This document shows, piece after piece, positions 12,708 to 23,844 of a stretch of DNA of 64,000 nucleotides (the stretch's first letter is position 1; each line of letters begins with the position of its first letter). Made by a program: the position numbers and the translations under genes. The stretch lies in assembly GCA_951406725.2 (NCBI GenBank), contig OX597821.1, forward strand, positions 118,110,001-118,174,000, given 5' to 3'. Below the pieces are notes generated by a model that worked only from the letters and a program-made list of their open reading frames with translations, did no database searches and had not been told where the DNA came from. This stretch comes from Octopus vulgaris. Its lineage: Eukaryota.

Positions 12708-12933
12708 ATAGAAAAATATGACATCCTGAGAAGCGAACGTGAAGTGATACTCAACGGCCTTAACTTTGTAACTGGTATTGCTGTGTATAAAGGATATCTT
12801 TATTATGCTCAGAAAGATTTGGAAACATTAAGTTATGTGTCTTTGTCAGCATTGAACTATGGCAGCACTACAATGAAAACCAATATTGCTCGTTTAGGAA
12901 CCTTAAAAGTGGTCTATAACTGGAATAAATATC
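12708..12933 (+). CDS. LRP2: LRP2-like exon B (end of propeller)
   Basis: cag| ... |gtaagt. IEKYDILRSEREVILNGLNFVTGIAVYKGYLYYAQKD...LKVVYNWNKY. Phase 0 to 1. Confidence 0.9.
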
Positions 12934-13549
12934 GTAAGTGGAGAAGTCCCTTCATTTTTAGAGTCATTTTGCTTTTTCCGTTTTCATTCTTCATCTTTTC
13001 TTTTAAGAAGATGGTAATAATATCAATACTAATTCTTTCTACTATAGGCACAAGGCCTGAGATTTTGGGAAAAGAACTAGTCAATTACATCAACCCCAGT
13101 GCTGAAAACCACACGGTTGCAAAGTGAAATAACCAACTATAAAGACATGTCCCACACACATATATGTATTATTTATTGAATCTAGAAGAGGCAGTGCCCA
13201 TCACCTCTGGAGATCCTCCAAGACCAGTGATATTAATGCCATTCATTTTTCTCTTAGACTTCTGTTAGTCAACCCCTATCGGAGAAGATATAAGCTGGGA
13301 GGGCATTCCAGAAAGCCAATGTTTTGGGAAAGAAAGGATAACTAGAATTACTAATGGTTACTGCAAGGCCTTGGAAAGAACTATTCAATTACATCGACCC
13401 CGGTGCTCAAACAATGTTTATTTTGTCAACCCTGAAAGAATGAAAGGCAAAGTCAACCATGGAGGAATTTGAGCTCAAAACATAAAGATGGAAGAAATAA
13501 TGTTTAGAATTTTGCTCAACATGCTAACAATTCTACCAAACTCAGAGCC

Positions 13550-13607
<58 letters not shown>

Positions 13608-14265
13608 TGAGCATGTCTTTTGGTGACTGACGATATGTACATCTCTAATCATGAGCAGAAGTAGTGAGGTAGCATCATAGCCAGTGGCGGAGTGGCCAGG
13701 TTGCCAGCTTGCTTGAAGGCAAGTGGGCCCCTGCACCATTAGAATCCATATGGGGGTGGGGATGTTAGTATCTAAGGGGCCCATCTCCTCAAGCTTGAGA
13801 ATCTTTTATTCACTCCTGGAAGAATGCATTATTTCAACCTGGCTGTGTTTGTTGAAAAGAATATGTTTAACAAAAAAATAAAAAATTAAAATGATAGCAT
13901 TCTAGTTGTGGGCCCCCTTAGTCTCCTGGCAACCAATATTTTTAGACCCAGTCCACCACTGATCATAGCCACGTGTTGAGAGGAATTCTTTGGGATTTGA
14001 ATAATTCACCTCTGGAAACATGGGTCCTCTTGACCTTTTGACCTCTTGAGTGGGATGGGATACTCGACCTGAAGAAAATTCTAGCTGGGCTCCACCTGCA
14101 AGGTCATGTGCTGTTAATCTTGATGAGATCACCATGTCATGCACATATGGTTGTGATGCATGTGCCTGGTGTACCCTTATCAGACGGGTTAATCATGATG
14201 GGTATATTAGGCTTCGTATATATGTACCCCAGTGTTATTGATGGCATGTGCTGCTCTCTCACTCA
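13608..14265. mobile_element. (TAA)n-flanked SINE-like repeat family
   Basis: Related copies at 53052-53590 (same orientation) and 54935-55488 (inverted), each adjacent to (TAA)n/(TTA)n. Confidence 0.7.
13682..13961. mobile_element. hAT-type MITE nested in a (TAA)n-flanked repeat
   Basis: TIRs CAGTGGCGGA / TCCACCACTG with an exact 8-bp TSD ATCATAGC on both sides. Confidence 0.85.
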
Positions 14266-14289
14266 ATAATAATGAAAACATTAATATGA

Positions 14290-14600
14290 GAAGTATAGAA
14301 AAAATAACAAAGTACCAGGATGTAGCTATTGAATTGCAGAGACTATGGAAAGTGCGAGTAAAATGTATCCCAGTAGTTATAGGGGCATTGGGAACTATCC
14401 CTAAAGATCTGAAGGGATGGCTAGAGTATAAAGGCATAAACCCCAGTTCAGTACAGCTCCACAAAAAAAGGGTTACTAGGGACAGCTGGGGTACTTAGTA
14501 GGGTTCTTTGAATCTAAGGTTACTTGTTGCCCAATAGGAGGGTTCTTGGCATCTAAGGATATTTGTTGTAGCCCAATGTTATTTTTTTTCTTTTCCAGTA
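14290..14600 (+). mobile_element. R4/Dong-like (REL-endonuclease) LINE 3' fragment
   Basis: EKITKYQDVAIELQRLWKVRVKCIPVVIGALGTIPKDL is typical of the REL C-terminus. Another 3' end (HVLRRALSL*) lies at about 15365-15565 between (TAA)n tracts. Confidence 0.75.
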
Positions 14601-14800
14601 GTCTTATCTGTTGAAACACAATTTTCTTATGGTTTCTTAAACATTCTCTAGAACAACATTATGTACAAAACCAAATATATGGCACCCTAGACATAATAAT
14701 AACATGAACTTCCAACTTGTTGTCTCTTGAGGTCTCTGGATGAGACTTGGAGCCAACTTGTACAAATGTAAAGCAAATGTCAAACATAAAATAATAATAA

Positions 14801-15205
14801 TGGCTGTCTGGTAAGTAGCTTGCTAACCAGCCACATGGTTCCGGGTTCAGTCCCACTGCGTGGCATCTTGGGCAAGTGTCTTCTGCTATAGCCCTGGGCC
14901 GACCAATGCATTGTGAGTGGATTTGGTAGACGGAAACTGAAAGAAGCCTATCGTATATATGTATATATATATATATGTATGTGTGTATGTGTTTGTGTGT
15001 GTGTGTTTGTCCCCTAGCATTGCTTGACAACTGATGCTGGTGTGTTTACGTCCCCGTCACTTAGCGGTTCGGCAAAAGAGACCGATAGAATAAGTACTGG
15101 GCTTACAAAGAATAAGTCCTGGGGTCGATTTGCTCGACTAAAAAGGCGGTGCCCCAGCATGGCCGCAGTCAAATGACTGAAACAAGTAAAAGAGTAAAAA
15201 GAGAG
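14801..15205 (+). mobile_element. tRNA-derived SINE, family 1
   Basis: A box TGGCTGTCTGG, B box GGTTCAGTCCC, central (TA)/(TG) tract, AAAAGAGT tail. Other copies near 17650-17900(-), 22500-22660, 31698-32108, 47368-47710(-), 51775-52174, 53965-54340. Confidence 0.85.
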
Positions 15206-15206
15206 A

Positions 15207-15239
<33 letters not shown>

Positions 15240-15333
15240 GACTACTGAAAACTTGTCAATACCTAAAGTCACAGGTAGTGACCTGCTATCCACAGAATCC
15301 CTTCCAGGAATAGGACCAAACCTGAGACAAACC

Positions 15334-15366
<33 letters not shown>

Positions 15367-15563
15367 GGGCTCATGTACTGAGAAGAGCATTATCGCTGTG
15401 AAAACAACATCCATTCATGAATTTATTTATTTGTTAATTTTTTAAATACATATTTTACCTGTGAATTTGTGTGTGTAATCTGGAAATGCATACAATGAGT
15501 TTCTCTGCCCTAGGTGTACGGAAAACATTCGTCAAGAAATGGAAGAAAATTTGAAGAAAGAAC

Positions 15564-15625
<62 letters not shown>

Positions 15626-16170
15626 TCAATAATAATAATAATAATAATGATAATAATGGTTTCAAATTTGGCCTCAAGGTCAGCCATTTTGAGTTGTGGG
15701 GGATGAGAGTCGATTATATCAGCCCCAGTGTTTCTTCTTTGCAAAGTCAACCTCAGAGGACGAAAAACAAAACAATAATACCATGCCACCGATGTTATCA
15801 AAGGGAAAGGCAAAGGGGCCAATACAGCTTGGCACCAGTGACATCACAACTCATTTCTACAGCTGAGGGAACTGAAATAAAGAGCCTTCCTCAAGAACGC
15901 AACACACAGCCCAGTCTGGGAATCGAACTCATTACCTCATGATTGGGAGCCTGATGCTCTAACTAGTAAGCCTGGGATAATTATTGACAGTTTGACAAAT
16001 AAATGAGGTTCACTAATTGGTCACTTCACCTGCTAGAAATAGAAGCATAACCTCCCTCAAATCACACTATACTGGTCTACAGAAAAACAGACATGGTATG
16101 ATGAGGTTATGGCCCCAACTGGAATACCATTAGTTATAACTCTGTCTATTTGATCAGTGTTAGCTTAGGG

Positions 16171-16553
16171 CAGGGGTTCTCAACCATTTTTTTTTTTTAA
16201 TATGGACCCCTTTGATTACCATTTTACTTTGGAGGACCTTCGTAGCCATTTAATGTTTAAAAATTAGTTTTATAGAGACTTCTTTCCAAATTCCTGTTTT
16301 GTTCTTCACCCATTCACTTGTCTAGGTTTACAACAGAACTCTCTCCGAGAGAACATGTTTCCGTGGTCAGAAACCTGTTGAACCAGGTAAATCTTGAGAG
16401 AAAGAAACCTGGCTGTTTCTTGCAATAAATACATCTAAAGTCAGAGCTTTTTTCTTTTTTGGACCCTTAAAATACTACCGTGGGTCTCCCATTTACTATT
16501 TTGCTTGCACTAATCCCCAACAATCTTATATGAACCCCATTTGAGAGCCACTG
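16171..16553. mobile_element. hAT/Charlie-like MITE (degenerate)
   Basis: Ends CAGGGGTTCTCAA / TTGAGAGCCACTG. A related left end lies at about 32964. Confidence 0.6.
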
Positions 16554-17335
16554 GTTTATGGTGAAACATTCGCAGCAATGACAACAAGAATCAAAGTTCT
16601 GAATTTTTATTTTACATTCAACTCCATTTTCCCTTTCTTTCTCACAGCTATTATTTTCTTCAAACATAAATTATTCATTCATTTATTCTAAGTTATAATC
16701 CATAATTCATAACTCTCCAGAAAATTCTGCCAAAGAAATTTGGTCATATAAGAAAATTCACTGAAAGACAAATTCACCTTATGGACAATGATCTCATCAT
16801 CATCATCACCATCTTTGTTTAACACCCACCTTCCATGCTAACATAGGTGGGACAGTTTCACAAGAGACAACCGGGTAGGAACCTGCACCAGAATTCTGTG
16901 ACTGTTTTGGCAGGATTTTTACAGCTGGGTGCCCTTCCTAACACCAATCAGTCAGCAGAGTGGACTTAGTGCTTTTTACGTGGCACAAGCACAGGCGAGG
17001 TCAGTTTTGGGAAGGTTTTTACAGCTGGATGTCCTTCCTAACACCAACCAGTTTACTGGGTGCTTTTAAGTGGCACCTGCACTGACAGGGTCACCAAGTA
17101 CTTGCAAGACAAAAGAAAAGTGTGTTACATCAGCATTTTTTTAAATAAAAAGTAAAACAAATGATAAAAAGTTTTTATAAAAGCATTAAATAAGCAAGTC
17201 TTTAGTCAACATCAATCATGAAAGAAATGTGATGAGGTCTTTTAAAATGAAATTTCTTCAGGTGAATTTTCTTACAGCAAAATTTCCTTTAACCAAATCA
17301 TAGCAAACTGTAACAACTGATATTCTTTAAATTCT

Positions 17336-17380
<45 letters not shown>

Positions 17381-17390
17381 TTTTTTGCAG

Positions 17391-17519
17391 CTCAAACAAC
17401 AAACTGTGCAGGCAGTAACTATGGCAACTGCAAACAGCTATGTCTGCCAACAGGACCTAATACCCATAAATGTGACTGTGCAATAGGCTTCAAGCTGGAT
17501 TCAAACAATCAATGTACAA
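17391..17519 (+). CDS. LRP2: LRP2-like exon C (EGF-like)
   Basis: cag| ... |gtaagc. QTTNCAGSNYGNCKQLCLPTGPNTHKCDCAIGFKLDSNNQCT, a 6-Cys EGF. Phase 1 to 1. Confidence 0.93.
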
Positions 17520-17985
17520 GTAAGCAAGAAACAACCGTAATTTCTTTTATTTTCACTCCACCCACCCCGCCACGTAACCCCAACCCCACGTTACCCCCAT
17601 CCCCACCCCATACCATCAATGCATTCCATTCAGTTTCAAACCATTTCTTTAATATCTTTTATTTGTTTCGGTCATTGCGCTGTGGCCATGCTGGGGCATT
17701 ACCATGAAGAGCCTACACGAACTTATTGACCTGAGTATTTAGTTTTAAGGCCAGTATTTATTGTATCAGTCTCTTTTGCTGAACCGTTAAGTTATGGGGA
17801 CATAAACAAACCAGCACCAGCACCAGTTGTCAAGCAGTGGGTGAGAACAAATGCAAACATGCACACACTCTCACACACAAACACACATGCTTATATATGT
17901 GTGCTTGTGTGTGTATACATATATATATATATATATATACACACACATGATTATATGTGTGTTTGTATATATATATATATATATA

Positions 17986-20570
17986 TATCTATACAATATG
18001 TTACATTACTCGGTAGTCAAGATAAAACTCTGAGTTTCAGATGCCGAAGTGGAAATCCACAACACCATCTCTTCGGTTATCTGGCTATTTGAAAACGTTA
18101 TGAAAAAATACCGTTAAAAATGAAGGGAAATTACTCTGTTATAACTCTGCTTTGCCTGCGTACTTATACATCGCTCGCATTTTTCGTCATAAAAATTATA
18201 TAAAAATACATAAAAAATATAAAAATATATAAAAATATATAAAATCTTCTTGGGACATAACACAGAAAGCATGTTCTATCCGTTTTCTTTAGGGGACCAA
18301 AACGTAACAGAAATTTAGTCACATGTGGGCATGATCCGAAAAGTTCTGTCCTTGTATTTAGACATGTGGTAGGGTCTAAGCTGCTTTTCCAGATAAGCCA
18401 TCTCTCCATGTCGCATAAACCGCACCTTCCGCTGCCGTTAGTATAGGGCTTACATCTGGCCAAAATCTTCCATTGTATGTTATAATCGACACCTTTATCT
18501 CTTAAAGACCAAATATGATTGGATAATTGTGTCGCTTTTCTTTTGTTCCAGTGCCTAAAGCTCAAAGTGTGGTTATTGAACCTGGCCTTGAAATTACCCT
18601 CTGTCAGGCCCACGTATTTCTTCGTCAAAACGGTGTCTTTAGTGGTTATAGAGTTTACGGTAGCCTCATATATGATGGTCTTGGACATGCAAGCTCCATT
18701 TAGCGGGCACAATTCTTTATTCCTGCATGAACAGCTGTTTTCTTCTTGTGTTTTTGTATGTTATGATTGATTATGTTTTTAAAATTGGTAGTTGAACTAA
18801 AACTAATTTTTAAATTGTGTCTATTGAAGAGTTTCCTATAAGCATGGTTAACTGGAAAATGTCTATCTATCAGTGCTAGGAAATATTTACCTATATTGAA
18901 GGCCACCTCGGGTGAGTAAGGCGTAAACCAGATGACCTTCCTATTTCTATTATTTCTTTTCTTTATTGTTGGGCTGGTGATAGGTGTATATTTTATTTTT
19001 TCGCTAAAACCACTATCTTTTAAAGCTTTATTATAAACTGGGGCAACGCTATTGAAGATGTCCTCATTAGATGAGAGGCTAGAAATCCTCTTACTAATAT
19101 TTTTAACTAAATTTTTGAATACTATAGGGGGATGGCATGAACCTACATTAATATAACTTAGTCTATCATTGGGCTTCCTATAAGGCTTATAAATATTATT
19201 ATTAAGATCTAAGGAAACGTCTAAGAAATTGACAACCGTCAGGTTAGTGTCTATAGTTATACTTAGACGTTTCCTTAGATCTTAATAATAATATTTATAA
19301 GCCTTATAGGAAGCCCAATGATAGACTAAGTTATATTAATGTAGGTTCATGCCATCCCCCTATAGTATTCAAAAATTTAGTTAAAAATATTAGTAAGAGG
19401 ATTTCTAGCCTCTCATCTAATGAGGACATCTTCAATAGCGTTGCCCCAGTTTATAATAAAGCTTTAAAAGATAGTGGTTTTAGCGAAAAAATAAAATATA
19501 CACCTATCACCAGCCCAACAATAAAGAAAAGAAATAATAGAAATAGGAAGGTCATCTGGTTTACGCCCCTTACTCACCCGAGGTGGCCTTCAATATAGGT
19601 AAATATTTCCTAGCACTGATAGATAGACATTTTCCAGTTAACCATGCTTATAGGAAACTCTTCAATAGACACAATTTAAAAATTAGTTTTAGTTCAACTA
19701 CCAATTTTAAAAACATAATCAATCATAACATACAAAAAACACAAGAAGAAAACAGCTGTTCATGCAGGAATAAAGAATTGTGCCCGCTAAATGGAGCTTG
19801 CATGTCCAAGACCATCATATATGAGGCTACCGTAAACTCTATAACCACTAAAGACACCGTTTTGACGAAGAAATACGTGGGCCTGACAGAGGGTAATTTC
19901 AAGGCCAGGTTCAATAACCACACTTTGAGCTTTAGGCACTGGAACAAAAGAAAAGCGACACAATTATCCAATCATATTTGGTCTTTAAGAGATAAAGGTG
20001 TCGATTATAACATACAATGGAAGATTTTGGCCAGATGTAAGCCCTATACTAACGGCAGCGGAAGGTGCGGTTTATGCGACATGGAGAGATGGCTTATCTG
20101 GAAAAGCAGCTTAGACCCTACCACATGTCTAAATACAAGGACAGAACTTTTCGGATCATGCCCACATGTGACTAAATTTCTGTTACGTTTTTGGTCCCCT
20201 AAAGAAAACGGATAGAACATGCTTTCTGTGTTATGTCCCAAGAAGATTTTATATATTTTTATATATTTTTATATTTTTTATGTATTTTTATATAATTTTT
20301 ATGACGAAAAATGCGAGCGATGTATAAGTACGCAGGCAAAGCAGAGTTATAACAGAGTAATTTCCCTTCATTTTTAACGGTATTTTTTCATAACGTTTTC
20401 AAATAGCCAGATAACCGAAGAGATGGTGTTGTGGATTTCCACTTCGGCATCTGAAACTCAGAGTTTTATCTTGACTACCAGTAATGTAACATATTGTATA
20501 GATAAATTTCCTCTATTTACATAATATTGAGGTCTCTTTCTTTCTTTTGTTATCTTACCGTTTTATCAAT
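17986..20570. mobile_element. Penelope-like element (RT C-terminus + GIY-YIG endonuclease) as a head-to-head fold-back
   Basis: Arms 17986-19225 and 19262-20504 are reverse complements. The right arm reads LDVSLDL..YKPYRKPND..YINVGSCHPP ... CSCRNKELCPLNGAC, IIYEATV, YVGLTEGNFKARFNNH, CGLC. Flanked by (TA)n. Confidence 0.92.
20404..20477 (+). ncRNA. Type I hammerhead-ribozyme-like motif in the Penelope 3' region (mirror copy at 18014-18087, minus strand)
   Basis: Stem I AGATAA/TTATCT, core CCGAAGA (U4C variant), stem II GATG...CATC, extra T, GAAA, stem III CTC-A-GAG, UH=TT. Confidence 0.6.
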
Positions 20571-20820
20571 ATATATATATATATATATATATTTATTTAT
20601 GTATATATGTATGTATATCTATCTATCTATATATATATATATATATATCTATCTATATATATATATATACATATATAGTTGAAATTTACAGAAAAACAAA
20701 AGATGAAGAGAGATGTATAAAGTGGCAGGTATATTATTAGTTTGATGTTCAGGAAGGTGAGAAGTTCTTTTACGTTTTGAGCCTATGCTCTTCAACAGAA
20801 AGTAACATGAGGAAATATTT

Positions 20821-20856
<36 letters not shown>

Positions 20857-21059
20857 GTTTAACGTTCGTTTTCCGTGCTAGCACGGGTTGGACGGTTCGA
20901 CCGGGGTCTGGGAAGCCAGGGGCTGCACCAGGCTCCAGTCTGATCTGGCAGACTTTCTACAGCTGGATGCCCTTCCTAACGCCAACCACTCCGCGAGTGT
21001 AGTGGGTGCTTTTTACGTGCTACCTGCACAGGTGCCAGAGGGTTCCCGCATCGGCCACG

Positions 21060-21485
21060 ATTGGTTGGAGCTTTTAACGTGCCACCGGCACGGAAGCCAG
21101 CTAAGGCGGGGCTGGCAACGGCCACATGCGGATGGTGCTTTTTATGTGCCACCGGCACAGGAGCCAGTCAGGGCGGCGCTGGCATCGGCCATGTTTGGAT
21201 GGTGCTTTTTATGTGTCACTGGCACAGGAGCCAGTCAGGGCGGCGCTGGCATCGGCCACGTTCGGATGGTGCTTTTTATGTGCCACCGGCACAGAAGCCA
21301 GTCGGAGCGGGGCTGGTATTGGCCACATTCAGATGGTGCTTTTTATGTGCCACCGGCACAGAAGCCAGTCGGGGCGGCGCTGGCATCGGCCATGTTCGGA
21401 TGGTGCTTTTTATGTGCCGCCGGCACAGAAGCCAGTCGGGGCGGCACTGGCATCGGCCACGTTTGGATGGTGCTTTTTATGTGCC
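21060..21485. repeat. 67-bp tandem array inside an RTE-3'-derived retroposon
   Basis: GATGGTGCTTTTTATGTG recurs at 21131, 21198, 21265, 21332, 21399 and 21466. Confidence 0.9.
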
Positions 21486-21526
21486 TTTTTATGTATACCT
21501 ATATATACATGTTTGTGTGTGTGTGT

Positions 21527-21625
<99 letters not shown>

Positions 21626-22661
21626 TGTTTGTATGTATGAATGTATGTATGTATGTATGTATTTATGTGTATATGTATATGGTGCTTGTATATATATATA
21701 CTTACAGTATGTCTTGAACACAGATCGTATGTCAACAACCAGCTGAAAAAAGATATTTTCCTGGGGTTAAAAAGTCGTAACATAGTCTTATGAAAGACTG
21801 CCATGTTATGTTAGCAAAGAATCTTTACTATACTGTTATTACAGAGATCTGATTCAGAGATTTAAAACTAGTTGTGTGTGTGTTAGAAACAGGAAATAAA
21901 AGTTTTGATAATCATTTATTTAGCACTTTCATCTTATTTCAAAGATTCATCAGAATTGATATTTTTACAGAAGATTTATGCTTTTTATTTATGTTAGTTA
22001 GTTGAACTAGAAGATTGAATTGTTCATTATTTTGAAGATATATGTATGTGTATATGTGTGTATATATGCAGGAAATCCTTATTTAATCATATCTCAAGTA
22101 TGTCTCCCAAAAGACATCTGATGGTCCGAAATTTAATCCCTTTAAGATACCCTCTATCTTCTTCACTTTGTCTGATTAATCCCTTAAGATACCCTCTATT
22201 CTACACTTATCCTGTGCAACTAAAACGTCCCCTAAATTATCATTCATTGAAAACACTGCATATATGGCCTTTTGTAAAGTTGCAGCTAGAAAGATACTGC
22301 CCAGAACTATTCCACATCATATCAAAGAGGTATCTTGGTGAGATATAGCTCAATGCTTGCATTTGGAGGATTAAAGAAGCTTTAGCAAGCAGGGAGTGAT
22401 CAACTCAGATTCTCTCATGAGCCTGATGCAAGAAACAAGAGACTATTCCACTTGATGTCCCCTTTTGAGTCATTACCTGGTGTAGCTGAGTGGTAACAAG
22501 GCATAGGTGTGGATGTGTGTTCAGATGCTTGCTTTCCAACCACATTGTTCTCAGTTCAATCCCACTGTGAGGCACCTCGGTCAAGAGTCTTCTACTATAG
22601 CCTCAGGCCAACCAAAGCCTTATGTGTGGATTTGGTAGTCAGGAAATGAAAGAAACTCACC

Positions 22662-22735
<74 letters not shown>

Positions 22736-23047
22736 CACATATATATGGTAAATGAATGACAAGATGGAATATATGAGAATTTTTGTAATTAATCACGACC
22801 ATTGTTTTGACACATCCAGCATCGATCCCTCATGGGTGGGTTACTTAACTGGTTCAGAAGCATCTGGCAGTGCAGATGTATCTCACTGGGTGATAAATAA
22901 ATACAAGTCATTAGAATAACAGTTCCTCAATGTATCTTCTGATTTCATAGAAAGAAATGCAGCAAAATGAAGGAAATATCATAATTTCTATAGAAGATCA
23001 AAAATGAAATCACAGATGCAAACATACCATACAAAGTATATATATGC

Positions 23048-23102
<55 letters not shown>

Positions 23103-23404
23103 GAAAAGTATATATATAGGTATGTATGTATGTATGTATGTATAACCCACCACATACACACACGCATACACATTGATATTTACATAATATTATTGTGAGT
23201 GTATATTATTCTGACCTAACGAGGTGCTTCAATTTAAGTACCAAATTCAACTGAATTTTAATTATATTTTAGTTCGTCAACATTAATCATATGACACATC
23301 ATTACTTAACTTTAATAGGATGGAAAGGGTCAGCATGGACCTTTTTCTGAAGGACGTCCCTAAACTATGTCAAATCATTTCAGATGTCCTGTATTTTGGG
23401 GTTC

Positions 23405-23499
23405 GTTAATTCATCTGATGAAAACGGTTTCTTTACAATGATGTCATGTTTTCATTAATCAATTAAAGGAGTTGTCAGAAACGGCCGTAATGGATTGAC
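23405..23499 (+). ncRNA. Type I hammerhead-ribozyme-like motif
   Basis: 10-bp stem I GTTAATTCAT/ATGGATTGAC, canonical CTGATGA, 12-bp stem II with a mismatched base, GAAA, palindromic stem III ACGGCCGT, cleavage triplet GTA. Confidence 0.7.
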
Positions 23500-23524
23500 A
23501 CCTGCACCTCCTACTGTTGCTCAT

Positions 23525-23574
<50 letters not shown>

Positions 23575-23844
23575 GCACACATATCTGTGTGTCTTTGTGG
23601 CTGTGTTTGCCCACCACCAACACTTGACTACTGATGTTGGTGTGTTTACATTTCCATAACTTAGCAGTCTGGCAAAAGAGACCAATAGAATAAGTATCAA
23701 GCTTAAAAGAAAATATAAATACTGGAATCGATTCATTCAATTAAAAGTTCTTCAAGGTTGTGCCCCAGCATGGCCACAGTCTAAAGACCGAAACAAGTAA
23801 AAGGTAAATGATTAAAAAATTGAAGTTCCCTGTGAGGGGCTGGC

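Noticed and set aside
14801-14860. tRNA gene
   Set aside because: A and B boxes are present, but they form the head of a multi-copy SINE and I see no complete cloverleaf.
19583-20215. Selenocysteine-encoding Penelope, or a stand-alone host GIY-YIG gene
   Set aside because: All conserved Cys codons are TGT/TGC with no in-frame TGA. The ORF is the 3' part of a truncated PLE, and its apparent start follows a homopolymer frameshift.
21060-21485. CRISPR-like regularly spaced repeat
   Set aside because: The intervening sequences are near-identical, so it is a tandem 67-mer. It lies inside a eukaryotic retroposon and there are no cas genes.
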